Virus record (IMG/VR): IMGVR_UViG_3300013121_000013 | Location: 64,001 to 128,000 of that record | Strand: one strand, 5' to 3' | Length of the DNA stretch: 64,000 bases | Source of the DNA: a virus | Lineage: Duplodnaviria > Caudoviricetes | In this document: positions 28,300 to 38,521 of the stretch, piece after piece | Numbering within the stretch: position 1 is the stretch's first letter | Layout of the letters: each line of letters begins with the position of its first letter | Program-made: the position numbers and the translations under genes | The notes under the pieces: generated by a model | Databases searched by the model: none | The model's input: the letters and a program-made list of their open reading frames with translations, nothing else | Told to the model about the DNA's origin: nothing

Positions 28300-28341
28300 T
28301 AAGTCCAGGGTTCAAGACTTTCATCTCACACCCTGGACTTA
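28300..28341. terminator. Hairpin between convergent genes (bidirectional terminator-like)
   Basis: TAAGTCCAGGGT / ACCCTGGACTTA 12-bp inverted repeat. Confidence 0.6.
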
Positions 28342-28359
28342 TATTTAATAAAATGTCTG

Positions 28360-28851
28360 TTAAGAGTTAACTGGCACTGAAGATAAGTCAAATGACATTT
28401 GATACATATCTTCTCCCGTATCTGTAAAGTGGCCTCTTACTACAGCTGTTGCTTTAAAGCCTAGACTATTAAGAAATAGCTGCGCGTCAAGGTTGGTTTC
28501 TCTCATTTCTACTCTAAGCTTAGAGCAATCGGAATCTACCATATACGAGATGAGCTTTTTTATAAGCTTAGATCCTAGTCCTTTTCTTCTCACATCTGGC
28601 CTAACACCAAGATTTATGAGCTGGATTGATCGTCTTCTTACCTCGTAAATTAAGAAGGCAATTATTTTATTATCAACTTCTATAACCAGACCGTTACAGT
28701 GTTTTCTATCTAGACATTTTGCAAAATCTTCTGATGTCCATGGAGAGCTGAAGCATGTTTGTTCTACTTCTGCAATTCCATGTAAATCGCTCCTCAGCAC
28801 TAGTCTAGGGCTAGCTTTGTTCAAAAGGTTGTCTATAGTCCTGGTCGTCAT
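28360..28851 (-). CDS. rimI: RimI-like N-terminal acetyltransferase (GNAT)
   Basis: F..PW..EDF, INLGVRPDVRRKGLGSKL, EMRETNLDAQLF..LGF, GEDMYQM; AAGGAG RBS before the ATG at 28851. Confidence 0.8.
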   Translation of the reverse strand: MTTRTIDNLLNKASPRLVLRSDLHGIAEVEQTCFSSPWTSEDFAKCLDRKHCNGLVIEVDNKIIAFLIYEVRRRSIQLINLGVRPDVRRKGLGSKLIKKLISYMVDSDCSKLRVEMRETNLDAQLFLNSLGFKATAVVRGHFTDTGEDMYQMSFDLSSVPVNS

Positions 28852-28892
28852 AGAAGACTCCTTTTCTGTGACTCCCAAGAAAGTCCACTACA

Positions 28893-30077
28893 CTATTTAC
28901 GAAGTTTAGCTATTTCTCGAAGACATTCTTTCGTAAGTCGTGTATTTGATTTATGTGAGGCCTCCTTGGAATATGGTAAGATTCCAACATCTTCGAGTAG
29001 TCTGTCAAGTAATGCCGCGTCATTTCTTGGTAGAGTAGATGCAACCTCCGCCATTTTTTCTGGTGATATCATTAGCCCATCTCTCGATACTTCATTTGCA
29101 AAGTCTTCACCTAGTAAATCTTTCAAATCGTGAAGTTTAACTCGTTTGAAGTCGGCTACTTTATAAACATTTCCAGTTGTTGTCTTACAATGCTGATTCA
29201 TAAATTCTGACGCTTGTTTCTTTGTGTATTTAAATAAGACATCTTCTGGAGGAGGTACAACTGGTGAATGAACTATATTATAGTGCCTATCGATTTGATC
29301 TATTATAGATGCAATTTTAGTAAGAGATTCATGACATCGAATTTGCTCTGGTTGTTCTAGGCAAACCTTAGCCATCTTTGCTAGCTCTATCTGCATTTCA
29401 TTAGGCGAGCTGTTATGATCTCCTATAAGCTTTAATCTATTCCAAAGAAGCCCAACTACATCTTCAGTAGAGCATCCACCATATCCAGCCTGTTTCTCTA
29501 AAAAGTCATCAAGATCTTTTGTGTTAGCTCCAAATTGTGCTGCTTTTTCTATTATCCTTCTTGATATAATGGCCCTGTCTTCAAATGGGATATTGGATTT
29601 GTATTGCTTTAACCATTCAGCAGCAGCTCTGACTTCTTTAGCGTTTCTAAGAGGATATTTACGATCTGATGTTCCGTTTGGATATTTGACAATTAGAGCG
29701 AAGTCGTCGTCATGCAGCTCCATACCTTCAAAAGAAGCGTCCTTTTGCCATTCTTCTTTCAACTTATCCACAGAACTTTTAATGCCATAAAAAGAGGACA
29801 TTTTATCTAATGTACCTTCGATCCACGGTCTAACCTTGGCATCAATATGTTCTGAGTTTTTAAGAAAGAAAGCTGTACTCAGCCATGTGGCTGCTTTTGT
29901 ATGCACTGGAAATCTTTTTCTTCCTGGATCCGCATATGCTCTTGGCGGCAGATCTTCATCTGGTCCATATAAATCTGATTGAGAAGCCTCTTTCACAAAT
30001 TGTGGTGGTGAAAATTTTCGCATTATGCGATAAGTATCTTGTCCACTGAGATCGCCTGTTTGATCTAAAATATTCAT
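28893..30077 (-). CDS. Hypothetical protein with recurrent K-x-A motifs (possible head-associated protein)
   Basis: 394 aa, GGAGG RBS; two similar (R)K(F/Y)P...A..W segments; many KxA(S) motifs; near the terminase. Confidence 0.45.
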   Translation of the reverse strand: MNILDQTGDLSGQDTYRIMRKFSPPQFVKEASQSDLYGPDEDLPPRAYADPGRKRFPVHTKAATWLSTAFFLKNSEHIDAKVRPWIEGTLDKMSSFYGIKSSVDKLKEEWQKDASFEGMELHDDDFALIVKYPNGTSDRKYPLRNAKEVRAAAEWLKQYKSNIPFEDRAIISRRIIEKAAQFGANTKDLDDFLEKQAGYGGCSTEDVVGLLWNRLKLIGDHNSSPNEMQIELAKMAKVCLEQPEQIRCHESLTKIASIIDQIDRHYNIVHSPVVPPPEDVLFKYTKKQASEFMNQHCKTTTGNVYKVADFKRVKLHDLKDLLGEDFANEVSRDGLMISPEKMAEVASTLPRNDAALLDRLLEDVGILPYSKEASHKSNTRLTKECLREIAKLRK

Positions 30078-30099
30078 TTATTCCTCCAAAGGATATTAC

Positions 30100-31374
30100 A
30101 TGACATCCAATAAAGATAGTAAGACACATAAACCAGAACAGCACCCAGCGAACCTAAATTCAAAATTAGATTGGAAATTTGTATTCCACAGTATAGGGGT
30201 CCAACTTCCATCTGATAAGAATAAAAGAACTCCGATATGGGTACATTGTCCGTTATGTAAGGTTCGTAGGGGCCACATCTTCGCTGACTATGTATTTGGA
30301 GGCAGCTGGTTCTATTGCACTTGCTGTAAATCTGGAATGGATCTTATAGAGTTAGCTGCCGAAGTACTTGGTACAGAACTAGAAAATGCCACAAAGCTAT
30401 TACTCCCAAATGTTTCAGACGAAGAAATATCTGAATATATTCTACAGTACCCATATAATAGACGAAAGACTAACCAATTCTGGAAAAATTTAGAAAAGCT
30501 ATCGCCCGATTCCGATGAAGCTAGTAGAGATTTATTAAAGCAGCTTGAAATAAAGCTACCTCCAGAACGCCATTGGTATAGCAGACTTGGAAAGTATGTA
30601 TCTTGTGTAAGATATTCGGATTTGGATCCAGATATCTCTGCATTAGGTAATATAGATAGTCCTTTTAATAGCTCCAGCTATAGGGGTACTAAGTTTACTG
30701 TTTCTTCTCATAAGATAAACAGAGTTGTATGGAAGAACGATAGGTTACTTATTGCTCCAGCTAGGGATTTTCCAGGCAGGATATCCAGCTTTTTTGTTTC
30801 TGGATTTAAATCTTACTGTAATCAGTTAACATTGCGGAAGCAGTCTTGGAGAGTTAAACCTTACAGTATGGTTAAGGAGCATAAAACATTAAATATAAGT
30901 AGCTATGGATCTACTAAAGTCAGAGTAGAGTCCGGATTTGTAATGGACTACACCCTATACGAAGGATTAGACGTTGAGACTGATCTTTGGTGTTTTATAA
31001 TGCTAGATCCTCTTGCTGCTATAAAGCTTCAATCACATCATATGCAAACCCAAGAGCGGCCGTTACCAATAGTAGGAGCCATGGTTAATAATTTCTATGG
31101 CCCATGGGCTGCCTGGTCTGCTTGGAGGTGGCGAAGAAGAAATAACAAGCTTAGAAGAAAATATCTATTTATAGGATCTGAGGATGAAAAAGAAGAGCTT
31201 AAGATGCTAGCTAAACTGGCTACAGCTTCTTATAGCGTGCAGCCAGTAAAAGACATTGACTTTTCTAAGCCAAAAATTTGGCTAAATACAGCTATAGAGG
31301 ACAAAGTTATGGTAAGACATTCAACTCACGAAAGAATAAATAATCTAGGGGTAATTCGTGATTGGATTCATTAA
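30100..31374 (+). CDS. Primase-like protein with N-terminal zinc finger, apparently degenerate
   Basis: HCPLC...FYCTCCKSGMDLIEL; RLLIAPARDFPGRISSF; no Toprim EG/DxD. Confidence 0.5.
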   Translation: MTSNKDSKTHKPEQHPANLNSKLDWKFVFHSIGVQLPSDKNKRTPIWVHCPLCKVRRGHIFADYVFGGSWFYCTCCKSGMDLIELAAEVLGTELENATKLLLPNVSDEEISEYILQYPYNRRKTNQFWKNLEKLSPDSDEASRDLLKQLEIKLPPERHWYSRLGKYVSCVRYSDLDPDISALGNIDSPFNSSSYRGTKFTVSSHKINRVVWKNDRLLIAPARDFPGRISSFFVSGFKSYCNQLTLRKQSWRVKPYSMVKEHKTLNISSYGSTKVRVESGFVMDYTLYEGLDVETDLWCFIMLDPLAAIKLQSHHMQTQERPLPIVGAMVNNFYGPWAAWSAWRWRRRNNKLRRKYLFIGSEDEKEELKMLAKLATASYSVQPVKDIDFSKPKIWLNTAIEDKVMVRHSTHERINNLGVIRDWIH

Positions 31375-33263
31375 TAACCTGGCCTATTAAAATAACCGCC
31401 CATATTTTCATTATGGTCTATTGGATCATCGAATGTACCCATAGCTGCTGTTTGTTGGGCATTTAGAACATATCTGGTGTCATTAAACCTTGGCCAGCTG
31501 TCCATAGTTTGCCACAGGCTACAGCATCCGATATTTACCGCCTGAGCAAAGTCATCAGAAAAATTAGGATTTCTCTGGATTGTATATATATCTGATCCGT
31601 AGTTTGTTGGAACTTTGTTTTCGTAAAGAGATAAGAAGTCATGAAGTAGTCCTGGCTGATCGTCATTCTTATAATCGTACTTAAAGAATTTAATAGTTCC
31701 CAACTTGATGCAAGTTGATACTAATTGAAGAGATCGAGCTTTGTCTACTCTCCATATATTTCTAGGATGTTGAATTGTGGCCGGTACAAATGACATGATA
31801 TTATGCTTAGCAGATCTTACATATTGGACTGGCACCAGCTGATCTAGTGTAACAGCGCCGCTCTGTACTAGAAATTGTTCCCTTAGATTTCCAGCACCAG
31901 TATAGTCATGTGCTAAAATTTGGCATCCGAACTTTTTAAATACACGAAGACATTCAGCAGCCTCTGCCATGTGATCGTGTGGAGTTAATAGCCTATTTCC
32001 ATAGATAACGTGAATATGCCCATTTGGAAGCATAGCTAAGACAGCAAGAGTAGTAAAGCTAACGCCTTCTTCTCCTCCTCCACCCCAGTCTACAGCTAAA
32101 GCTTTAAATCTATATTGACTTAAAACTTTGAGTGCCTCAGCCTCTTCATTTCTATTGAGCACAGCTGCTTTTTCTAAGTCAGTTTTACTCACAAGCTTGG
32201 TTGATTCGTCGCAAGACTCTCCAAGAATTTCGTTATAAAACACAGCCTTTGTAATATTACCTATACCGGCCATTTTTGAAAGAAGTTCTGACCACTTATC
32301 TGGGTCGGTATAGTGGACTGGCATTATTACTTGTGGTACGTGGTACCCAGCGAATCTAGCTCTTCTTGAAGGATATTTATGAACCCAAAATCCGGTTCTT
32401 GGATCTATTCTTTTTCCGCAACCAGCACAGACTACAGCCGGTCTTGATTTTGAAATTCTTTTGTCATATTTGCCAATCATCTTTAATAAATCGTACTCAA
32501 GAGCGGCTATATTGTATTTATTACAGCCAGTGCATTTAGTAAACCACTCGGCTTGGCTAGATCTAAGCCACAATCCTTCTAGTGTGTTGTCCCTGGTTTT
32601 TGGAGTACCAGTGAACTGTGTTAATGCCCATCTTGAGTGAGACATTGTTTCATTTATGATTGGAATGTGGCCAGCGTCTAAATCTTGCACCTCGTCATAA
32701 GCTACTTTATCTGCCTTGATACCTCTAGTTCTATCAGCTGACAATAAGGCATACGAGAAGTGCATAATAGAATCATTAATAAATGATCTTTGAAGTACCG
32801 ATTTGTCTGTCTGTGAATTGACCAACATGTTCTTGATAGGTGATTGAACTATAAACGGATTCACATAATTGTTAGAGAATCTACGAATTTGCTCGTAAAG
32901 AGGAGTTACGTATAAAATCTTGAAATTAGGATGTGAGGCGCATGTTACAACTCCGTGTGCAGCTATACTTGTTGATTTAGATACCTGTCTACCAGTTTTA
33001 AGAACAAGTTTTTTTGGCATCCATAAATCAAACATACTTTCAAATGGAAAGTGGTCTTTAAGAGTGTATGGACTGCCTTCCAGATTTAGCATTAAAGGAA
33101 GAAGCGGTGCTAAAGTTCGTATCTTTCTATTGTTAGATAGAGTTGCCAAATAGTTAACTTGTCTAAAAATTTCTTCTTTTGACATAGATGGAAGCGAGTT
33201 GTCGATGCGCAAGCGAAAATCTCCCGTTAAAAATAAAGAGCATGAATTGGTAACTCTTTTCAA
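31371..33263 (-). CDS. terL: Terminase large subunit (GpA-like)
   Basis: LKTGRQVSKST Walker A, RGIKADKVAYDEVQD Walker B, GTPKT coupling motif, Zn ribbon, AVDWG nuclease aspartate. Confidence 0.85.
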   Translation of the reverse strand: MKRVTNSCSLFLTGDFRLRIDNSLPSMSKEEIFRQVNYLATLSNNRKIRTLAPLLPLMLNLEGSPYTLKDHFPFESMFDLWMPKKLVLKTGRQVSKSTSIAAHGVVTCASHPNFKILYVTPLYEQIRRFSNNYVNPFIVQSPIKNMLVNSQTDKSVLQRSFINDSIMHFSYALLSADRTRGIKADKVAYDEVQDLDAGHIPIINETMSHSRWALTQFTGTPKTRDNTLEGLWLRSSQAEWFTKCTGCNKYNIAALEYDLLKMIGKYDKRISKSRPAVVCAGCGKRIDPRTGFWVHKYPSRRARFAGYHVPQVIMPVHYTDPDKWSELLSKMAGIGNITKAVFYNEILGESCDESTKLVSKTDLEKAAVLNRNEEAEALKVLSQYRFKALAVDWGGGGEEGVSFTTLAVLAMLPNGHIHVIYGNRLLTPHDHMAEAAECLRVFKKFGCQILAHDYTGAGNLREQFLVQSGAVTLDQLVPVQYVRSAKHNIMSFVPATIQHPRNIWRVDKARSLQLVSTCIKLGTIKFFKYDYKNDDQPGLLHDFLSLYENKVPTNYGSDIYTIQRNPNFSDDFAQAVNIGCCSLWQTMDSWPRFNDTRYVLNAQQTAAMGTFDDPIDHNENMGGYFNRPGY

Positions 33264-33458
33264 TATCTTTATGGCCTTCTTTTCTAGCGTATTCGCGTCA
33301 ATTACAGATATGAAAGACGTAATATCACAAAAAAAGCCCGATATTGTGCCTGAAAGTAAACAATTCAGGCCTAAGAGTTATGTTAATAAACGACGAGCTA
33401 TAAAGTAAAAAAATAAATCTTTATAACTTGTTCTAAGTATAACATTGGAGAATAGATA

Positions 33459-33737
33459 GTGTATAACGATAATTCAGCTGATATGATTTGGCCGTTTGCT
33501 TTGTGCCTTATAGCTGGAAGCATGATAGCCACGCTTTTTACTAATTTATGGATACTTCCTATACTTGCTATTTTATGTATTATGTGCCTCTCCTGGTCAT
33601 TCGGAAAAGCTCTAGAAAATAACACCGAAACAGAATCAAAGAGTGAAAATAAAAATGAACCTTCTAGACACGGCTATTCATATAGGCATCCTCGTAGGCG
33701 CCGTCATAGCCGTAAGAGACGTCTGGTTCAAAGGTGA
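33459..33737 (+). CDS. Small membrane protein
   Basis: two hydrophobic segments; GGAG RBS. Confidence 0.45.
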   Translation: MYNDNSADMIWPFALCLIAGSMIATLFTNLWILPILAILCIMCLSWSFGKALENNTETESKSENKNEPSRHGYSYRHPRRRRHSRKRRLVQR

Positions 33738-33966
33738 GCTAGAACCAATAGCTACATTAAGAGCTAGGGTAGAACTTATCGACAATAAAGTTGGTTACTT
33801 GCTAACTTGTCCTTTATGTCTAACGTATTACATTTCACTTTTATTGATATTCTTATACTTTGTTCCAGCTTATTTTGTAGGCGATTGGTATAGATATTTC
33901 TTTTACTGGCTCTCAGTTGTCGGATATAGTAATTGTTTTCTTTCATGGAATCAATTCTATAAATGA
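33655..33966 (+). CDS. DUF1360-like membrane protein
   Basis: GYLLTCPLCLTYY motif between hydrophobic segments. Confidence 0.55.
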   Translation: MNLLDTAIHIGILVGAVIAVRDVWFKGELEPIATLRARVELIDNKVGYLLTCPLCLTYYISLLLIFLYFVPAYFVGDWYRYFFYWLSVVGYSNCFLSWNQFYK

Positions 33967-34027
33967 GGCCTATTTGAATGTTGTGGCATTGTGTAAGATA
34001 GGGTTAATAGTTAAACGATGATATAAA

Positions 34028-34057
34028 AACAGCTGGCAACATGCCAGCTGTTATAAT
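34028..34057 (+). promoter_or_regulatory. Inverted repeat abutting TATAAT upstream of nrdJ (operator or terminator)
   Basis: AACAGCTGGCA / TGCCAGCTGTT, then TATAAT at 34052-34057. Confidence 0.4.
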
Positions 34058-34078
34058 TAGATACTGATAGGAGAGGCT

Positions 34079-36799
34079 ATGTCAGATCAAAATAAAGATA
34101 TCGAAGTAAATTATAAAATGAAGCCGTTCTTTGTCGTTGATGAAGTTGATCCGTCGAAGAAGGTTGAATGGGAACAAAGAAACGTAGTTTTATCGGATGG
34201 AAAAGGAAAAGTAATAGCAGAGTTCTCTAATCTTACCTTTCCTAAATTTTGGTCTAATAGTGCGTCCAAAATAGTTGCAGATAAGTTTCTAAGAGTTATA
34301 CCAAGTCTAGGTAGGAAAGAGACATCCGTAGACGAGATGCTCAATAGGGTTGTCGGTTGGTATAGCGACACAGGGGCAAAATGTGAGTACTTTGACAGTG
34401 TAAGAGAACGAAATACGTTCTTTAACGAGTTAAAGTATCTGCTATTAAACCAATACATGTCCTTTAACAGCCCTGTCTGGTTTAACGTCGGAACCACAGA
34501 ATCGAGGCCTCCAAGAGTTTCTGCTTGTTTCATATTGGATGTCGAAGACAGCATGTCTTCAATTTTAAATTGGTATACCGAGGAAGGTCTAGTATTCAAA
34601 AAGGGCTCTGGAGCAGGAATTAACTTATCAAAGATAAGATCTTCTTTCGAGCCTCTAAGCTCTGGAGGAAAGGCTTCTGGACCTGTTTCGTTTATGAGAG
34701 GCGCAGATGCCTCTGCAGGAGCTATTAAATCTGGTGGTGCTACTAGAAGAGCGGCCAAGATGTGCGTTCTTAATGTAGACCATCCAGATATAGAAGAATT
34801 TATAGAATGTAAATCTCATGAAGAGAAGAAAGCAAGAGCTTTAAGGGCCGCTGGCTTTGATATGAATCTTGGAGGTAAAGACCTTTATTCGATTCAATAT
34901 CAGAACGCCAATAATTCTGTTGGTTTGACTAATGAGTTCTTTAAAGCCTATGAAAAAGATAAGGATTGGCAGTTATTAGGTGTAAGAGATAAGGTCGTCT
35001 ACAAGACAGTTAAAGCGCGTGCTCTTATGCGAAAAATCGCACAAGCTGCATGGGAGTGCGCCGATCCGGGTGTATTCTATTTAAACAATATGAATTATTG
35101 GCATACATCGCCAGAGCTAGGCCAGATTGACGCGACCAATCCTTGCGGCGAGTTCGTAAGACCACCAAATACTTCCTGTAATTTGGCTTCATTAAGACTA
35201 ACAAAATTTTATGATCCAGATTCTGACAAATTCTTAATAGATAGATTCATAGAAGCTGTTAGAACGACTATTACGGCTATGGATATTTCTGTTTCTAATG
35301 CAGAGTATCCAACTGAAAAGATTAAAGAAACTGTGAATAACTATCGAGAATTGGGTCTCGGATTTACAGATCTAGGTGCATTACTTATGCAAATGGGCAT
35401 TGCATATGATTCAGATGAGGGTAGAACCCTAACTGCGCTTATTACAGCACTGATGACAGGAGTAGCATATGCCCAATCTGCTAGGCTTTCTGCTGGTTTG
35501 GGGCCTTACCCGGGATGGGCTCTTGAAAACAACAAAAAGGCACACCTGGAAGTAATTGGAAAGCATATTAAAGCTTTAAAGTCTCTAAAAGCTTCCTGCT
35601 CAGCATCTGGGCTTTACAACAAGTCTAAACTCTTTGCTGAGTTGCATTCTGTTGCCATGTCATACTGGATAGAAGCTCAAATAAATGGAACTTCATATGG
35701 CTTTAGAAATGCTCAAGTCACCCTAATAGCGCCTACTGGTACTATATCGTTCATGATGGACGCCGACACTACCGGAATAGAGCCAGACTTTTCTCTTGTA
35801 AAGTTTAAGAAGGTAGTAGATGGCAGCTTAATGAAGATTGTTAATCAATCTGTACCTATAGCTCTAAAGAGACTTGGATATAGCGAGATTGAGCAGTATG
35901 AAATTGCAAAGCACATCCATGACACAGGATCAGCTGTTAGAGCCCCTCACTTGAAGAGGGAACATGTGAGTGTATTTGATTGTGCTGTTGGGGACAATGC
36001 AATTTCTTATCATGGCCATCTAAAGATGATGGCGGCTGTTCAGCCATTCCTATCAGGAGCTATATCCAAAACCATAAATCTTCCGAATAATATATCTGTA
36101 GAGGAGATAGAAGAGATATATGTTATAGGAAATGAATTTGGTCTTAAGAATTTGGCTCTTTATAGAGATGGGTGTAAAGCAGAGCAAGTATTACATACAA
36201 ATATCAATATCGACGAAGATAAAGGCAAAGATAAGCCTAATGTAGTTTCTGTTAAAGCTCAAAGAGTAAAGCTTCCAAAGCAAAGAAGAGGAACCACCAC
36301 ATCGTTTAACGTAGATGGATGTGAAGGCTATATTAGAACTGGAGAATTTCCAGACGGTTCTCTTGGAGAAGTATTTATAGATGTATCCAAGCAAGGAAGT
36401 ACTTTATCTGGCTTAATGGACGTATTTGCAATATCTGTGTCTTTAGGACTTCAGCATGGTGTGCCTCTTGAGGCGTATGTTGAGAAGTTCATAAGTCAAA
36501 AGTTTGCTCCTGCTGGCATGACCACTGATCCTGATTTCTCTATAGCACAATCTCTTCCAGATTATATTTTTAGAAGGCTGGCTGCGGATTATCTTGGAGA
36601 ACAGACAAGACACTCTATAGGAGTTAAAACTAACAAAGAGAGGGTATTGGAGTTAGATACGTTACAAGAGTATAAAGAGTTAGACTCTAAACAAAAATTA
36701 TCAGATGCCCCGATTTGCAACACGTGTGGTGTTGCGATGCGTGCCGCTGGTTCATGCTTTTGTTGTGAAGAGTGTGGAGCCACTAGCGGTTGTTCGTAA
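34079..36799 (+). CDS. nrdJ: Class II (B12-dependent) ribonucleotide reductase with TSCPD domain and Zn ribbon
   Basis: FNSPVWFN, SACFI, GGATRRAAKM, ATNPCGE, CNLAS, APTGTIS, SGAISKTIN, YRDG, terminal CxxC..CxxCG. Confidence 0.95.
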   Translation: MSDQNKDIEVNYKMKPFFVVDEVDPSKKVEWEQRNVVLSDGKGKVIAEFSNLTFPKFWSNSASKIVADKFLRVIPSLGRKETSVDEMLNRVVGWYSDTGAKCEYFDSVRERNTFFNELKYLLLNQYMSFNSPVWFNVGTTESRPPRVSACFILDVEDSMSSILNWYTEEGLVFKKGSGAGINLSKIRSSFEPLSSGGKASGPVSFMRGADASAGAIKSGGATRRAAKMCVLNVDHPDIEEFIECKSHEEKKARALRAAGFDMNLGGKDLYSIQYQNANNSVGLTNEFFKAYEKDKDWQLLGVRDKVVYKTVKARALMRKIAQAAWECADPGVFYLNNMNYWHTSPELGQIDATNPCGEFVRPPNTSCNLASLRLTKFYDPDSDKFLIDRFIEAVRTTITAMDISVSNAEYPTEKIKETVNNYRELGLGFTDLGALLMQMGIAYDSDEGRTLTALITALMTGVAYAQSARLSAGLGPYPGWALENNKKAHLEVIGKHIKALKSLKASCSASGLYNKSKLFAELHSVAMSYWIEAQINGTSYGFRNAQVTLIAPTGTISFMMDADTTGIEPDFSLVKFKKVVDGSLMKIVNQSVPIALKRLGYSEIEQYEIAKHIHDTGSAVRAPHLKREHVSVFDCAVGDNAISYHGHLKMMAAVQPFLSGAISKTINLPNNISVEEIEEIYVIGNEFGLKNLALYRDGCKAEQVLHTNINIDEDKGKDKPNVVSVKAQRVKLPKQRRGTTTSFNVDGCEGYIRTGEFPDGSLGEVFIDVSKQGSTLSGLMDVFAISVSLGLQHGVPLEAYVEKFISQKFAPAGMTTDPDFSIAQSLPDYIFRRLAADYLGEQTRHSIGVKTNKERVLELDTLQEYKELDSKQKLSDAPICNTCGVAMRAAGSCFCCEECGATSGCS

Positions 36800-36818
36800 T
36801 TTCAAAGAGGTAAAAATA

Positions 36819-37139
36819 ATGTCTAAGCCACGTTCTAGCGTTGTCCCGACCACTAATAACAAGGTTAACACGGAAAAGAGTGAGTTCAGTATTAATGTCG
36901 TAGTGACTCGCACTTCTCGTGTTTCTATGGATAACCTGGCTGTAGAGCTCACTAATATGATCAAGAGTAAGATCATGGAACTGGCCAGTAAGGCTGGCTT
37001 TAAAGGCGGGTATGAGATGAAGGTTGGTCGAGGCTATTTCCGCAGGCTAAAAAATGATCAACAGTCTATGTCAAAAAAGCAAACTCGTCGAGAAAAAAAG
37101 CCTTCTGTCAGTGAGCAGGTCACTGAAACCCAAGTCTGA
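36819..37139 (+). CDS. Small basic hypothetical protein
   Basis: GAGG RBS before the ATG at 36819; followed by a terminator. Confidence 0.55.
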   Translation: MSKPRSSVVPTTNNKVNTEKSEFSINVVVTRTSRVSMDNLAVELTNMIKSKIMELASKAGFKGGYEMKVGRGYFRRLKNDQQSMSKKQTRREKKPSVSEQVTETQV

Positions 37140-37173
37140 TCAACATCTACTGACAATTTAGTATTTGTAGATT

Positions 37174-37216
37174 GAATAAGCAAGCCACAATTTTGTGGCT
37201 TGCTTATTCTCTTTTT
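37174..37216 (+). terminator. Intrinsic terminator
   Basis: 17-bp inverted repeat GAATAAGCAAGCCACAA / TTGTGGCTTGCTTATTC followed by TCTTTTT. Confidence 0.7.
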
Positions 37217-37222
37217 GAGGAG

Positions 37223-38521
37223 ATGATGAGTAGCGACAATATAAAGCTACAAGATTTCCTAGAGATTGTAAAAAACAATCCTAGTTATAACTTAGGTATC
37301 AAAGATAACAAAGCTGAAGTGGACGATTCTGGAAATATAACTTGTTCTTTCCCGTGTAGATCGGACAACGGTTTAACAGAAAGCCATAGAGTCACTATCA
37401 CACCAAAAGGAAGACTTCACTTTTGGAACCACTCTATAGAAGAGTTAGAGGCTATAATTGCCGTAGAGCTGCTATCATTATCAAATAAAAATACAAATCG
37501 TCAACACTACCACCAGTGTAGATATAATCGAAGGAAAAAAGAAGGTAAGGACCTTCATAAACCAAACAAAAAAGAAAAAATCTCTCTAGCTGGAAGCTCC
37601 GCTTGTAACTGTGCATGTATTTTATATTCGTGGAGGACCGGCCTAGATACTGGTGTTTGCCTTCCTATAATATTAGAAAGGCTACATATAGATAATATTA
37701 TCTTTAAACAGTCGTGTATTCGAAAAAGGTGGCTAAATAAAAAGAAAGCTAATATTTTCTCTGTAGATATAAATTGTAACCTTAAAGATATAAATCAAGT
37801 TTTATATGCATACAAAGCAACAGACGACTCCGTTAAAGATTTTGTCCTTAGGCTACAAGATATTTTTAATTCTGATTTTGGTCTAAAGTCTACAACTAAA
37901 AAACATTACGACAATTCGATTGACATAGTGTTTAAAAATAAAAGCACAGGTTGGTGTTTAAATATTAAAAACGGATTCAATATGGGAGATTTTCATTTTC
38001 TAACAAAGAGTGGCGGGTATCAAAGTTTATTCTGCAATCCTTTAGTTGTGTCTATAAGATCAACTAATGTTAAGACTGAAAATTTTCTAAAAGATACTAT
38101 GGTAGGAAAATATCGTAATTATTTTGAAAAGCCATCTGTTTATGTGTATAAAGCTTCGACTAGTTATACAAGTCTAGACCTTAATTACATAGTAGCTGCG
38201 TTTATGTCTATGCACAATGGTCATTGTTCTACAGATATAAATATAAAATCAAGGAAACGGTATGTCGATAAAGTTATAGATCTAAGTAAGAAACTTACAA
38301 CTGATTTCAACTTTGACAAGTATAGAGGATTAAAAATAAAAGCTAAAAGAAGCGGGTCCTCTTATACAGGAATCATAACACTAAACTTTGATATGGTGTG
38401 CAGTGGTCCTAAGATGGCAGATTATCTAATGAATAAGGTTTACAAAGCATATAAAGTTTTAAGTAGATTAAAATCTATCAAAGATTCGGATTTGCTACCA
38501 TGGGAACGAGAGAGTAGTTAA
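37223..38521 (+). CDS. C-H-H-C domain family protein 1
   Basis: C...HRVTITPKGRLHFWNH...CNCAC; start moved past the terminator to GAGGAG-ATG. Confidence 0.55.
   Translation: MMSSDNIKLQDFLEIVKNNPSYNLGIKDNKAEVDDSGNITCSFPCRSDNGLTESHRVTITPKGRLHFWNHSIEELEAIIAVELLSLSNKNTNRQHYHQCRYNRRKKEGKDLHKPNKKEKISLAGSSACNCACILYSWRTGLDTGVCLPIILERLHIDNIIFKQSCIRKRWLNKKKANIFSVDINCNLKDINQVLYAYKATDDSVKDFVLRLQDIFNSDFGLKSTTKKHYDNSIDIVFKNKSTGWCLNIKNGFNMGDFHFLTKSGGYQSLFCNPLVVSIRSTNVKTENFLKDTMVGKYRNYFEKPSVYVYKASTSYTSLDLNYIVAAFMSMHNGHCSTDINIKSRKRYVDKVIDLSKKLTTDFNFDKYRGLKIKAKRSGSSYTGIITLNFDMVCSGPKMADYLMNKVYKAYKVLSRLKSIKDSDLLPWERESS

Noticed and set aside
33643-33737. Arg-rich tail RHPRRRRHSRKRR as a functional signal
   Set aside because: It arises from overlap with the hydrophobic start of the DUF1360-like gene in another frame
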